Position numbers and translations under genes: made by a program. From positions 4,402,001 through 4,466,000 of the forward strand of contig NC_047075.1 of NCBI RefSeq assembly GCF_902459465.1: a stretch of DNA of 64,000 bases, written 5' to 3'. Source of the DNA: Asterias rubens (taxonomy: Eukaryota). Below are positions 1-12,445 of the stretch, one piece after another (the first letter of the stretch is position 1; the number at the start of each line of letters is the position of its first letter). The notes beneath the pieces were generated by a model. It saw only the letters and a list, made by a program, of their open reading frames with translations. It was not told the DNA's origin and searched no databases.

Positions 1-393
1 TGAAAATCATTCGGTAATAGTTGTGGAGGCTGGTGTAACTTAAGTGTTACAACTTGACATTGCATCAACATATCCACTGAACTATGCTATAGCTTCCCCA
101 ACCACCACCACGAAGAATGCAACACTACTTGTTAAATGCTTAATGGGATTTGAGGCATTGCGTAATTATTGGTCTGCCGATTTCCTACATTCCGCTCACG
201 AAGAAGTTTGTGGTTATAAAAAGCAGGACAGTTCTTTTCAGAATTGAAAAATCTACCGAAGTCCAGAAACAAAATCTACTTCGCGGTAGTACAATACACA
301 CCAAGACAAGTTTGTTCTCAAACGAACGTCATCTACCCAGAAAATGTATACACCAAGTCATAACGCGTGTGCAACTAAATCATCAAGCTATAC

Positions 394-770
394 TTAAAGG
401 TAGTGGACACTATTGGTAATTACTAAAAACAATTATTATTATTATCATAAAACCTTACTTGGTAACTAGCAATGGGGAAAGGTTGAATAGCATAAAACAT
501 GGTGAGAAACAGCTCCCTCTGAAGTGACGTAGTTCTCGAGAAAGAAGTATTTTCCACGAATTTGATTTCGAGACCTCAGATTTAGAAATTGAGGTCTCGA
601 AATCAAGCATCTGGTATGACAAGGGTGTTTTTTCTTTCATTGTTATCTTGCAACTTCGATGACCGATTGAGCTCAAATTGTTACAGGTTTGTTATTTTAT
701 GGATATGTTGAGATACAACAAGTGAGAAGACTGGTCTTTGACAATTACCAATAGTGTCCACAGTCTTTAA
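394..770. mobile_element. TTAA-flanked MITE, family B (Kolobok-like termini)
   Basis: TTAA|AGGTAGTGGACACTATTGGTAATT...AATTACCAATAGTGTCCACAGTCT|TTAA. Related copies: 24907-25295 (inverted), about 8110-8700, 20709-21040, 48080-48408, 56175-56503, 62200-62583, partial near 38165-38330. Confidence 0.8.
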
Positions 771-1299
771 GTTCTAATAGTTCTGTATCGTGCATAGTTT
801 TAAGTAAAAATTATGACATTTGATATTTTGGTGTTAACGCTTTTTTGCTAATCATAAGAATGTTTAGATATTTTTTCGTAAAAATCATGACATTAAGTTG
901 TTGTATTAGTCTCATAAATTATTTCAAAACATTAAACGTTTTTTCTAATCAAATCACTATTGAGATAGATCTTCACTGTAACTCGATCACTATTTACATA
1001 AACGAAGCAGCGGCTGATTTCACAAATTAATACAAGCCTCATCTTATTTAATGATCAATGAAGCTGATGAAAAGATTTAATTGGACCGATCCATCAATCA
1101 CCATCATTCCATTGGCCAATCACAGCCGCGAACGCGTGCCAAAAAGAACCAACTCACTTAAATCCATAAGCAGTGTAAACAAGTATATTTATTACCCGCC
1201 TTTCGGGTTTGCTTTGTCATTGTGTTTGTTCGTGTATTTCATGTTTTTCTTCATTTTTTTTATATTATGAATGGCATTTAACTTCCTTTTTCCTCCCAG

Positions 1300-4200
1300 C
1301 TTCTTCCCAAGAGCATGACACTTCTTGGCTCGTCTTCCTCGAGGGTGGCGGGTGGTGTTATAATGCAACGCACTGCGCACAAAAGAGTGACACATCATAT
1401 GGGTCATCGCGCATGCTCAATGCCAGCAAAGAGTTTAACGGTGTGCTATCCGCTAATTTCACGGTGAATCCGGATTTTTATGACTGGAACGTGGCTGTTA
1501 TCAACTATTGTGATGGAGCATCTTTTTCAGGTAGGCATACCCAATGAACCATAATATGAGCATTGGTGTGTTTTTTCAGTTTAATTTTTTTTTTAAGTTT
1601 TGGATAGTAAAAGAAAACAAACACCAAAATTTGAAAATTTACTTGAAGACAAATTACACCATTTGTTTTTGGAACCGTACAATCGTTTTAATCCTGTATA
1701 AATACAGGTGTATAGAATAGAACTAACATGTGGAAATCAAAAGGTGTCCACGTTTTTGATATATCGCCGAAAACCCGTAGCCAATGTCCATGAATGAGGA
1801 ATAATTCCCTATCATTCACAAAACAACTTAGTGTCAAGTATAAGACCATGTGTAAAAAAAAATTAGGTTTACCAAAAAAATAAAAAAATTAACAAATGAT
1901 AAAAATTGAGATCAACAAATGTGTGGATACATGAGGGTTTGCGTATTGATCCTTCATTGTTTCCTCGTTAATGATTTGTAATGTCTTATACTCCGCTTTA
2001 AAGGAAATCGTGATCTTCCATTTGAGGTTGGCAATAAGACCATTTACTTCCGAGGAACCCGTGTGCTGGATGCAGTGATCACACATCTACTCTCAGCAGG
2101 CATGGCGCAGGCAGATCAAATACTCCTGTCTGGTGCATCGGGTAAGCATTCATTGTTTCATTGAAAACCTTTTGGGTCAAAGTAGTCGGTTTTTAACCGA
2201 GATTTTCGCGTTTAACATTTTACTAGTGTTTGTGGTGTCTTTTTGGACTTTGAGTTTTCGGGTTGGACGACGCGTCGCGACGACGTCGCAGAGCTGGTGG
2301 TTTCTTGCCAGCTGATAAGATGGAAGTTTCTGTCAGTTTAAGATGGAAGTTTCTGTCAGTTTAAGATGGAAGTTTCTGTCAGCTTAAGATGGAAGTTTTG
2401 TGTTAGCTTAAGAGGGATGATGTAAGCTTATAACATGGAATTTCTTGTCAACTATTAGACGAAGGTTTATTTTCAGGTGATGGAGGTTTCCTCTCAGTTA
2501 ATAAGCCTCACCCTAGAAAAAAAAAGATTCTTCGCAGCCGATGGATGGGGGTTTCTTCTCAACTTGTATAAGATGAAGGTTTCTTGTCAGATTAGGCTTT
2601 GTAGGCTTTTAGTCAGTTTATAAGATGGAAGTTTCGTATAGTCTTTTTTGTGAGATGGCTGTTCTTGTCAGTTTAAAAGATGGAGGTTGCATGGAGGTCG
2701 AAATAGAGTTGTCAGTTCGCAAGATGGATGTTTCTTATCAGATAAAAAGATGGATGTTTATTGGCAGTTGATAACAAAGATATTTCTTGGTATTTATTTT
2801 ACAAGACTGAAGTTTCTTATTAATTTTGAAGATGGAGGGTGTTAGTTCGCAAGACGAAGAATTCTTGTCAGCTTTTAGATGGAGGTTGGTTTTCAGTTGT
2901 TTTTGTCTTAGGTAATGCTTGCTTACTTGCTTAACTAGAGTGATGTCCTCGAATCACGATGGTTCCCAATGCATTTCTGTCCCCCATAGCTGACTTTAAA
3001 TTTTCTGATTCCAGACGCGTGTCCATTTTAAGTATCTCAGTGTAATTTAGTGCAGGTCTTCAAGGTTTCCTCCTCCCATGCTTAGGGGTCCACAGAACAA
3101 TATTGGATACTGATTCGTCTTTGCTCCTGTAGCATTGGCCAGCAAAACGCATCCTTCTCTGCCTGATTTTTGTTGAGAAATTGGCAGGTTTCCATAATGT
3201 TAACCATTTTTTTGTCACATTTGTATAACACAGCTGGAGGTCTGGCCGTGTTCTTGCATGCAGACCACGTCAAGGAGCTGATACCCGAAGAGGTATCATT
3301 CAAAGCAATGGCGGATGCTGGGTTCTTCTTAGACGAGAAAAATATCAGCAATGAGGACATGTGGCGCAACACGATGAAAGGAGTGTACGAATTGCAGGAA
3401 GTGCAAGGTATGAGCGATCCTTTTTGTGTATGACGCTGGGGCGTCCCTTTGCAAAATCTTGCACTATAAGATGATATAGAAGAGTTTGCGGTAACACCAT
3501 GTAATAACAATGCAAACTCTTCTATATCTTATTTCCACCATGCAAAGTTTCAAATCCTACTTACTATAAGTATGGTTTGTGAAGACCTTATTCATCTAAG
3601 TAGCGATGAGACCCTTGCGAAGCTATAGGCTGTTGGCTACTAAAATTCAAAGGTTTAAACAGGGGTTTTTTGGGTGGTTGTTTACGGGATTGGTGTCTTG
3701 TATGCCAATTGCCTAATGTGTGATTGATTTTACAAAATGTTTGTAGTGTGTATAATAATAGCGGTTTCTTTCATGTGCGTCACACAGTGACGCCCACAAG
3801 GTTCTTAAAAAGTCAGTATTTTCCTGCAACTGTGCAGCTATGTTTGCATAAGTATGACCATATTCCTTTACATTAGCACCATGTAATGGTTTAGAAGGCG
3901 ACGTGGTACATTACAGACAATCAAACCAGCAACTCCAGGACGAACTCATTCTCATTACGATATTCGTTTACTGGGTTCGTTCACGTCCATTACACAGCAC
4001 ACGGGACCAGCGCCTTAACGTCCCAACCGAGGGACGCAGCAAGAATTTTTTTTAAATGTCATGCTTAACACAGTTGGCACGACTGGGACTCGAACCCACA
4101 AGCTGCTGATCAAAAACAATATTATGCTAGGCAAACGAACGACAGGGTTATAATGGCTAAAGTGTAAAGCAAATTTGAAAGGGGAAATTGGTGTTGTGCT

Positions 4201-4772
4201 TAAACTTCACAAAATATAGTTTAAAATAAAAGTGTGTCTTTCTATTTAAAGGGAGCTTGGATGAGGATTGCCTTCTTGCTAAAGGCACCGAGAAATGGGA
4301 ATGTTTCTTCCCTGAATACGCCTATCCCTATATCAACACGCCCATATTCATCATCAACTCTGCCTTCGACTACTGGACTCAGTTGCACATCTTAAACCTC
4401 AACTGCAGACCCGGCCTCTGCGACGAAAAAGCCCAGGCATTTTTCGAGGATCATCGGGAGCTTTTCTTACGACGCACGGACCAGGTGAACCGCTACGACA
4501 AGGATGGCATGTTCATCTCGTCGTGTTACGCGCACAGCCATGCGTACTACGACGCACCGTGGATGAACTACAAAGTGATTGGAGAGGAGACTAGGCAGGC
4601 GTTCGCTGACTGGTACTTTGGTAGGAGTACGCCGGCGAGATCGCGATACGTAGACTGCGACTCGAGTCTGAATTGTAACCCGTCGTGTGCTGAAACGTGG
4701 GGAGCGGAGTACTTTAATAGCACGGTGTGTTTGGTGTTAACTACGGACGAATGTTTCAACTTATTGCATTAA
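1300..4772 (+). CDS. Pectin acetylesterase/Notum-family alpha/beta hydrolase, paralog 1 (5'-incomplete, 4 exons in window)
   Basis: Exons 1300-1530, 2004-2141, 3234-3407, 4252-4772, all GT-AG and phase 1, join in frame. Motifs: WLVFLEGGGWC, NPDFYDWN, YCDGASFSG, catalytic GASAGG (split by an intron), CFFPEY, NSAFDYW (Asp), SCYAH (His). No first exon found in 1-1299. Confidence 0.92.
2315..2890. repeat. Decaying 23-bp minisatellite in a PAE1 intron
   Basis: taagatggaagtttctgtcagtt is nearly perfect for 3-4 units at 2315-2400, then degenerates (agatgga.gtttc) out to about 2890. Confidence 0.8.
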
Positions 4773-4784
4773 AGCTTATAGTCA

Positions 4785-5146
4785 TTAAAGCCATTGTACA
4801 CTTTCGGTAAACGGTATTGTCCAAGGCCAACACTTCGTGTATCACAACGTATATATAAAATAGCAAACCTGTGAAAATTTAGGCTCAATCGGTCATCGGA
4901 GTCGGGAGAAAATAACGGAAAACCCACCCTTGTTTTCGAACGTTTCGCCGTGTGTTTAAAATAAATTCGTAATTATCGATATCGAGAATTGATATTGTTT
5001 TAATGTTTTCTCAAAAGTAAAGCATTTCATGGAATAATAATTCAAGAGAAGTCTTTCACCATTACCTTCTGTAAACCCTGTAAGTTATTTGTAAATATGT
5101 GAACTTTTAATTTTGTTTCTGTACCGAAAGTGTCCAATGCCTTTAA
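4785..5146. mobile_element. TTAA-flanked MITE, family A
   Basis: TTAA|agccattgtacactttcggta...taccgaaagtgtccaatgcct|TTAA, inserted 13 nt after the PAE1 stop; inverted relative of 45423-45797. Confidence 0.8.
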
Positions 5147-5595
5147 GAGTCATTTCGAACAATATTGCCTATTGCCTATGACACAGGGGCGGGTTGGCAA
5201 CTGCCCTTCAAAACTGTGGGCGCTATAATAATGTAAGGGGGAAAAAATCGGTCACAGCAAGAAAAAGAAAAAAATGGACAGAGAAAGCGAATCCTTTTAT
5301 ACCTGGTTTTAGAATTGGTATATTAATGTTTTTCTGTGTAAAACTACTATATTGGGCAAATCAAGAACCCCTCTACCCAGTCCCCCCCCCTTCCGACCAT
5401 AGCCTTAAACCTTTCCATTGCGCTTATGTACAACTTTTCATCATACTCTTAACACTTTTTTTCATGCAGCACGACCCCTAACATAATTCTTGGTTTGCGA
5501 TTACTGGATGGTTTAAAGACGAGTTTGAATAAACAAATTAATATGGGTATATGGTGAATTAGATATAAGTCGGGACTTGCCCTTAACACTAACCA

Positions 5596-6080
5596 GGTGT
5601 GGCGGTTTCAACTTACCGAATGATCAAATACGGTTACCTTACATCATGCGATGCCTGCGCACAGCAAGCGAAAGTATATAGTACATTTTTAGTGTCGTGT
5701 TGAGTCATCCGTGTCTCTCCGGTAGCTGTCATGGCGGCGTCCAGAGAATTTGGTGTGAAGACCAAGCAAATTATCCTGTATTTAACCAGTGGTACATATA
5801 CCGAACGAGCGTCAGAGAATCACAAGATTTTTTTTATTATTCTGGTTTAGTTTATTAAATTTATTTATTACCGTTTTTATGTTATTTTATTTTTATTGTT
5901 ATTTTTTATTTCACTGAACTACAGTACTCGCCAGGGTACTCGCGACGGTATTTATGTCTGGCTACGTCAACCGGAAAACTGAACACGCCGGAAAGCTTAA
6001 ACCGTTCGAACAACGTGCTGAAATGTCCGGCTACGTCACCCGGAAAACTGAACACGGCGGAAGACTAAAACCGCCACACC
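5596..6080. mobile_element. Probable MITE with 13-bp TIR GGTGTGGCGGTTT
   Basis: Inverted 13-mers at 5596-5608 and 6068-6080, and an internal direct repeat of about 45 bp (atgtc.ggctacgtca.ccggaaaactgaacacg). Confidence 0.5.
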
Positions 6081-6960
6081 GGCGTCCATGATAATAAAAG
6101 CTCCTACGGGCAACCAACACGCTACTAAAAACTGTGCAACCTAGCTACTTGTTCGAAATGCTAAATTTCTTCCATTCAGATGTGAATAACACATTTTTTT
6201 GAGTGTTTATATTAGGCCTAAGGCACCAGGAAGATATATTTATGACAATACTAAAACTTCCTGGGGCAAGTTAAACCCAGTTTTGTTTCTTTATAACACA
6301 AACCATATTGAGCAAGGCGCAAGGCCTGTAATTGTTCACAACACTTAAGCTCCTTGTATTGGTTGGAATGGACCGTGTTAAAGGGAACATGTACTTTGGT
6401 TTTGGGACCGTTCGATTGTTTTTATCCTGTATAAATGTAAAAATACATCAGTAAAAAAAATAATCTCAAAAGTTGTAGAGTTTTTGAGAAATCCCCTAAA
6501 ATTCGGAGCAGTTTAGTCCATGCATGAAAAATAATTCATAACTGGAGTGCGAAAGCGAATGTTGGTGGTGGTCCGTAATAAGTGAATGTTTATTAGTGAT
6601 TGTGTCGCATTGATACTTTGTTGGCAATGCGTTTTTCATGTAGACATTCTAGTTTTTAATAGTAGTTAGACAATCATCGTAGTAGGCTAGTGAAAAGATT
6701 GCATAAAGGGACATACTTTTATTACAAACATGTTATTGAGATGGATGTTTTATTAACAACCAAATCAATAACCCACAAATAAAAATTGTATTAAACAGCA
6801 CAGTTTGCCTTTTTGTATTCTATCATTGTGAAGCCCATGGGGGGGTACATGTCTTCTTTGTAGTCCTATTTTAACTAGGAACTTGAACGATTTTTTACGG
6901 GAACGCTATTTAATCTTGTTGTTTTAATGTTTAAATTTGTAATATTATTAAGATCACTTG

Positions 6961-7807
6961 TAGGGCCACTGATTTTCCGTTTCAGAAAAGTGCAAATTCC
7001 GTTTGGCAAAAACATGAATTCCGTTTCAGGCACAAAAAATTCCGTTTCATGTTTTTTTAATTAGATAAAAGGTTGTTTAATACCCAGGGACACACTTATA
7101 AAAATCAATTTGAGATAAGTTGCACTGTTGACTTCGTAAAATGTTCATTTGAACTGACAAATTTCAAAAAAATACTTTTTTTTATAATTGTGGATTATTT
7201 TGTATACTGCTGTTCTAAAAAGGTTGCACTGTGACTGCAGTATCAATGCACATGATGTGATAGACTTGATTCCAAGTCTAAAACTGCAGTTGATTCTCTG
7301 CATCAGCCACATTGTAGGCTAATGACAGGAGTGTATCCACAAGAGGGCGCTGTTTCAGCATGATCAAAGACTTGGGAACAAGTCTATGGACGTGACCATT
7401 CTCCATCCACAAACAAAATGTCAGCCATTTTGTTTTCGCTTTGGCGACAGAATTTTGACAGTTTACGGTTTTATTTTAGACCTTTCCGAGATGAAAAAAC
7501 ATTGTATGTGTTCTTATAGATCATAGGTAAGCTAGTTTGTGTATTATTGTTGGTAAAAGAGAGGGAGAAAATGCAATTTGGGTGAACAAAAAATGTTTAA
7601 AACGTGCCGCGAATAATGCCCTTCGCTTAACCATGTTAACAACGTGTGTACATCATGTGTGTAAACATTGAGGATGGTGTGAAGTAGAACAGAATGATCC
7701 ACGGTTACGATCTCGTACTTTTTAATGGTCTGATTTCTGATGCCTTTTTAGTTTAACAAAAAGAATCTTAATAAAGAATGCAATTTCAATAGTTTTGGCG
7801 TCAAGAG

Positions 7808-7838
<31 letters not shown>

Positions 7839-7926
7839 AATTTTCTGAAATCCCGTTTTCCGTTTCAAAGGGCGGATTCCGCGAATTCCGTCCGTTTTCC
7901 GCGATCGCGGAAAATCAGTGGCCCTA
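6961..7926. mobile_element. Non-autonomous hAT-like element, 966 bp
   Basis: Perfect 19-bp TIR TAGGGCCACTGATTTTCCG; cacttg directly repeated on both sides (6955-6960, 7927-7932); subterminal ttccgtttca repeats; no ORF. Confidence 0.8.
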
Positions 7927-8160
7927 CACTTGCTGTCGGTCTCATGCAAGTATGTCTTTAACCAGCAAGTTGAACCATACTGAAGTCTCCGGTGGAGACC
8001 TTTATTTAAAATCGGACATGGCCTCATCGGACCTCTACAGTCTGACTTTTTTGTATTTATAAAAAATGCGTATTTAAAAAATAAATATTAATCATTGCAC
8101 AGTTTATATGTTACGGTACGGCTGGACACTATTGGTAATTACTCAAAGTAATTGTTAGCA

Positions 8161-8546
8161 TTAAAGGAACATTTCAGAATTGGTTTTGCTAGCAAAGAAG
8201 TTGCTGTCAGTGCAAGCACTTTATCGAATCCACCATATATACATAAACTGACAAACCTGTAGAAGTTTGAGATCGATCGGCCATCTGGGTCACGAGAGAA
8301 TAGTGAAAAACCGATTACAAATTTTGCATTGCATCGATGCCAAAACAAAAATGAATAAAACGCTCACTGAGCGATAAACTCCAAACGCGATATAAGAATA
8401 TTTATTTCTCATCAAATATGATATTACAGACATAAATATTTCAAGGGATGTTTTCTACTATCATCATCATTACACCTTGTAAGTTTGATGTAAATCTGTG
8501 ATCTTCACGATTTTTGTTTCTTACCCATTCTGTAACGTTCCTTTAA
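8161..8546. mobile_element. TTAA-flanked MITE, family C, nested in a family-B element
   Basis: TTAA|aggaacatttcagaattgg...ccattctgtaacgttcct|TTAA; near-identical to 20328-20712. Flanks rejoin as family-B sequence (compare 62205-62320). Confidence 0.82.
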
Positions 8547-9712
8547 AACTATTTTTGGTAACGACGAGCTATTGACATTAAAACATTGTGAGAAACGGCT
8601 CCCTCTGAAGTTATTTGGTTTAGAAGAAAGAGGTAATATATCTCACTTAAATATATATTTGAACCTCAGAAAGACTTCACGCCTGAAACCTTTCTCAGGC
8701 CTCTGAGAGAACACACACATTACCAAACAGTGTCAAGATGTATCAAGTTCACGTTTACATTATTATGGACGGGCATTGCCATGACGAAATAATGTTTTGT
8801 TAAGATATTTTGTAGTGTTAAAAAGTAAGCAAGCCAAATCAATAAACTAAAAGCAAGGATGGGGGAAAAACTGTGTTTGTCTGTAATAAAATTATTTGAG
8901 CATCATCAGCCCTGTAATTTTAAACACATGACCCCACGACTATATAGGCAGTAATTAACTAAATTTGGGATCATCGTATAACGCAAACAAACTCGCGTAA
9001 AACATGTTTGTTGTTCAGCTGTGTGAATGCTTTACCCTATTGCCTTGAGTTTGTTTAGAGATGAAATGTTTTGTACTTAACATTCGTCGGCCGGGTAGTG
9101 AGCTCGATTAACTAATAAATTGGTTAATTAAATTGGGTGTCCTCATAACAACAACGCAAAAAAAAAAAAAAACAACAAAACATGGAAAAACAGTTTTGTT
9201 TTCCCGGACACTTCGTTCAGCTGTCTGAATACCTTGTTAAGTTGTTACCCTTTGTTTACAGATGCAACATGGTTAACATAAAATTCTTCGGCTGGGTAGT
9301 GAACAATAGATGAGTTAGATGTGAGCAACGTTGCAAGTAAACTAACCTGATTATAGGGTCATGACCTCTCTTCCTTTGTCAAGTGTTTGAATAACAGGTG
9401 CGTACAAACAATGGGAAGCGGTTGGAGGCTTGAACAATAGATTGGCACGAGCCAATGTTGTCTAGTTTTAGTACAAAGGAGTGACTTTGGGTTAAAAAAA
9501 ATCCACAAGACCGCTGTATCAGAAAATATTGACTGGACCAGAATTGTGAACACAAGACCAGAATCAAATTGGAGGGAAAAAGACATCTGTGAAAATTTTT
9601 TTATCTCATCTGTCTTTAGGGTAATAGTTGTTACCCAATAGAACTACAAGGTATTTTTAAGACTAAAAGTCAATTATAAATATTGTTTCATGTTCAAGAT
9701 AGTACAGAGTGG

Positions 9713-9941
9713 CCCCAGGAAAAAATTCCCATTGAAAAAAATCAATGGGATTTAATGGGATCCCATTGAAAATTTGAATGGGATTAATGGGATTCAATGG
9801 GATTGGTGTGGAATTTGGTACATATTCAACGGGATCTAATGGGATCCACAGGGGATCCCATTGAACCCCATTGAAACAATGGAATCCCATTGAATCCCAT
9901 TCAAAATATCAATGGGACTCAATGGGAATTTTTTCCTGGGG
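9713..9941. mobile_element. MITE with CCCCAGGAAAAAATTCCCATTGA TIRs and internal aatggga/tcccatt repeats
   Basis: Perfect 23-bp TIR. The interior is built from short repeats in both orientations. Superfamily not assigned. Confidence 0.75.
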
Positions 9942-11520
9942 GGGGGGGGACATGCATTTTTGATCACAAATTTGACAACACTGCTAGACTTGTCTGGTCA
10001 AAAGTCTACTAAAATTTAAGCCATGGTACATTTGGACACCGTTGTCAAACAATTATGTTTCTTTAACATCTGCCGAGAATTTTGACACATGCCTTTACGG
10101 GTCTTCGAGAGTTTTTGGTACGTTTGTTGATAAAGTTTATTGGATAACTCCTTACTCACTGTGAATGAAGGTGTGTGTGTAATAATATATCAATCTGTAG
10201 AAATTTCTTTTCATTAGTCGTCAAGTTTTTGAGATAGAAATGGCGAAAAACACAGAGCAACGTTTTGAGGAGTCGCGTATAAATACATGTACACATGCTA
10301 ACTTCCATTTTGGATAACTTTCCGTATGGCGCCACCACTTTTTCACTAGTTTTTTATTGAGGTAAATTGGGAACTGTATTTTTTCATGTCGAATGAAAAA
10401 GTGTTGGCGCCATACGAAAGATTTTACAATGCTTACACTGCCAAGAACTGTTTGTTAGCAAAAACAATTTATGTAATCTTTCTTTAACAAAGGTATACCA
10501 TTGAAAAATAGCTCACCATTTCCATGTCGAGTTGACCAATCCTTGGATTCGATCATTGGAAACAACCAGCTTTGCTGATTGGGTGCTCTTCACATCCTCG
10601 CACCGCCTTTTGTCATAGAATCGACAAGTCGACTTTAAAATGGCCTCCTCGAACATAGCCGGGAAGACACAGTAAATTCCATGTAAACCCATCTCAACTT
10701 GTTGGTTTGCTTCGCCATAAATCCACATACAGAAACTTAAAGGTTCGGATATTCCTCGCTTGAAAAGATTCATCCTAAATCATGCCTGGTGCCCGACTAT
10801 TTTCCTTGCGTGTTCTGTGTAAGTGTGGTCCCGGAAGACAAGGTGAAACAGCGTCAGAAACAGCAAATTTTCTCTTCCAAAATTCAGCGTGGTATATGTC
10901 CTTTTTCCAACTGTAAACTGTTCAAGTCTGATCTATAGCAAACAACGAATCCAATTCACCACATGAGCTGCCAAAAATGTTGGTTGGAATGGCCGTAATT
11001 TCAGTCACGAAACCCAGACAATGACGGGCATTACGTAATTTCTGTCTACTCCACAAAGTGTGCAGACAACAAAATGAAAATGCAAAACGTTAAGATTTGT
11101 TGTAATGCGGTTCACTCTTGTATTCCTACGCGGTATGTTTACTCCGTTGGAACCCCTATAAAATAGTAAATACTGTTTACAAAAAGGTTGTTACAGTTAA
11201 AGAGGTCTGACACCGAAACAATTAAGAAGAATTGAATAGTTTTATTTCACTTAATTATTTAGAAATACTGAGAACGAGTTACAGGAGTGGGACTATTTTC
11301 TGCACATTGCGAGAGGATTTCAGTGCTGTGCGGTCGGAGCAAGTTGTCCGTGAAACTCACACGGAAAAGCACATAAGAACCACGGCTCTGAATTTTTTTT
11401 TTGGCATTCATTCAGTAACAATACAATCAATAATAGTACACAGAATAGAAAGTAGAAAGTAAAGAATGAACTTCAGCACAGACTGAACTTCAAATCAGTA
11501 ATGTTAAAGTTCAACACAGA

Positions 11521-11938
11521 ATGGGGCTGTGTATCCATTCGCTCTTGGTCGTTCTGACATCGTGAAGGCCGTTGAACTACAAGTAGAAGCTTCAAGTAGG
11601 CTAATCAGAGACGGTTCCATGTGATCAGGGCCCAATTTCATAGAGCTGCTAAGCACGAAATATTGCTTAGCATGAAATTTCTTTTTTTTTGATAAAAATA
11701 GGGTTACCAACAAAATGTTTGTTTGTTGCATATTGCTTGTTACTGGTAATAATTAAGCTGTTGTTCGCTTATCCTGAAAATCACGTGGAAATTTGGTTGG
11801 TAATCCTGTTTTAACCAAGGAAGAAATTTCATGCTAAGCAAATCTTTTTGCTTAGCAGCTCTATGAAATTGGGCCCTAGATACAAGTATAGAAAGGTGTA
11901 GACGAGTTGAAACTAGAGGGCAGAAAACTACCTAACCA
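11521..11938 (+). pseudogene. Decayed duplicate of the first coding exon of the FReD pseudogene, interrupted by a MITE
   Basis: atggggctgtgtatccattcgctcttggtcgttctg aligns with atggcgttgtttatccgttcgctcttgatcgttctg at 12446. Similarity resumes after the 11627-11877 insertion (gtagacgagttga...agaaaactacctaac vs gtagatgagttga...agaaaactacctaac). Confidence 0.75.
11627..11877. mobile_element. MITE with GGGCCCAATTTCAT termini (PIF/Harbinger-like)
   Basis: Perfect 29-bp TIR agggcccaatttcatagagctgctaagca. The same terminal motif occurs at 18396-18645 and about 39857-40137. Confidence 0.78.
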
Positions 11939-12445
11939 CCCCCCCCCCGCTCGAATTGTTTCGCTCATCACCCCACTGCTCAACAAACCTACGTCACAAC
12001 CTGCAAATCAAACATTTTGAATGAGTTTATTTACTTGGGCCCTGTATATGTCAAAACTATAACGAACCCAACTCCCTTCCAAAAATATTACATTACTTCA
12101 TACCTCAGAAGAATGAAAACCATTGATATTGCTAAATTGAAGAGTTCATCTAGTTCAATATTTGGTGTTTGTTATAAAAACCTGCTTATCCGGGTCTGGC
12201 TCGAGTCCAAAACCAATCCTCTTCCAAGTTCAAGTGTCTGCATGGTTGAAGGTCGTTCCCAGGGCTGAGTTCCTGAGTCAGTTTCTTTTTTGTGTCACTT
12301 TATATTTTCTCTAAAAATCCAGGTCAGCTAAACTGCAGAAAGAAAAACAAACCTAAATTGTGGGTACAGACAGGCTATTAAATTTCCCAGTATACATTGA
12401 AAAAGCAACCGCAACGAGAGGAGGTGGTGTTGAAAGTTGAGCAAA

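Noticed and set aside
1300-4772. Assigning the symbol notum to either esterase
   Set aside because: Same family, but the diagnostic motifs differ (YCDGAS rather than YCSSD) and orthology cannot be shown without a tree.
10513-11020. Higher-complexity stretch with an 86-aa minus ORF ending at a gtgagc donor
   Set aside because: No recognisable motif, no partner exon found, and stop density in the other frames is as expected by chance. A tBLASTx search would settle whether it is a TE or gene relic.
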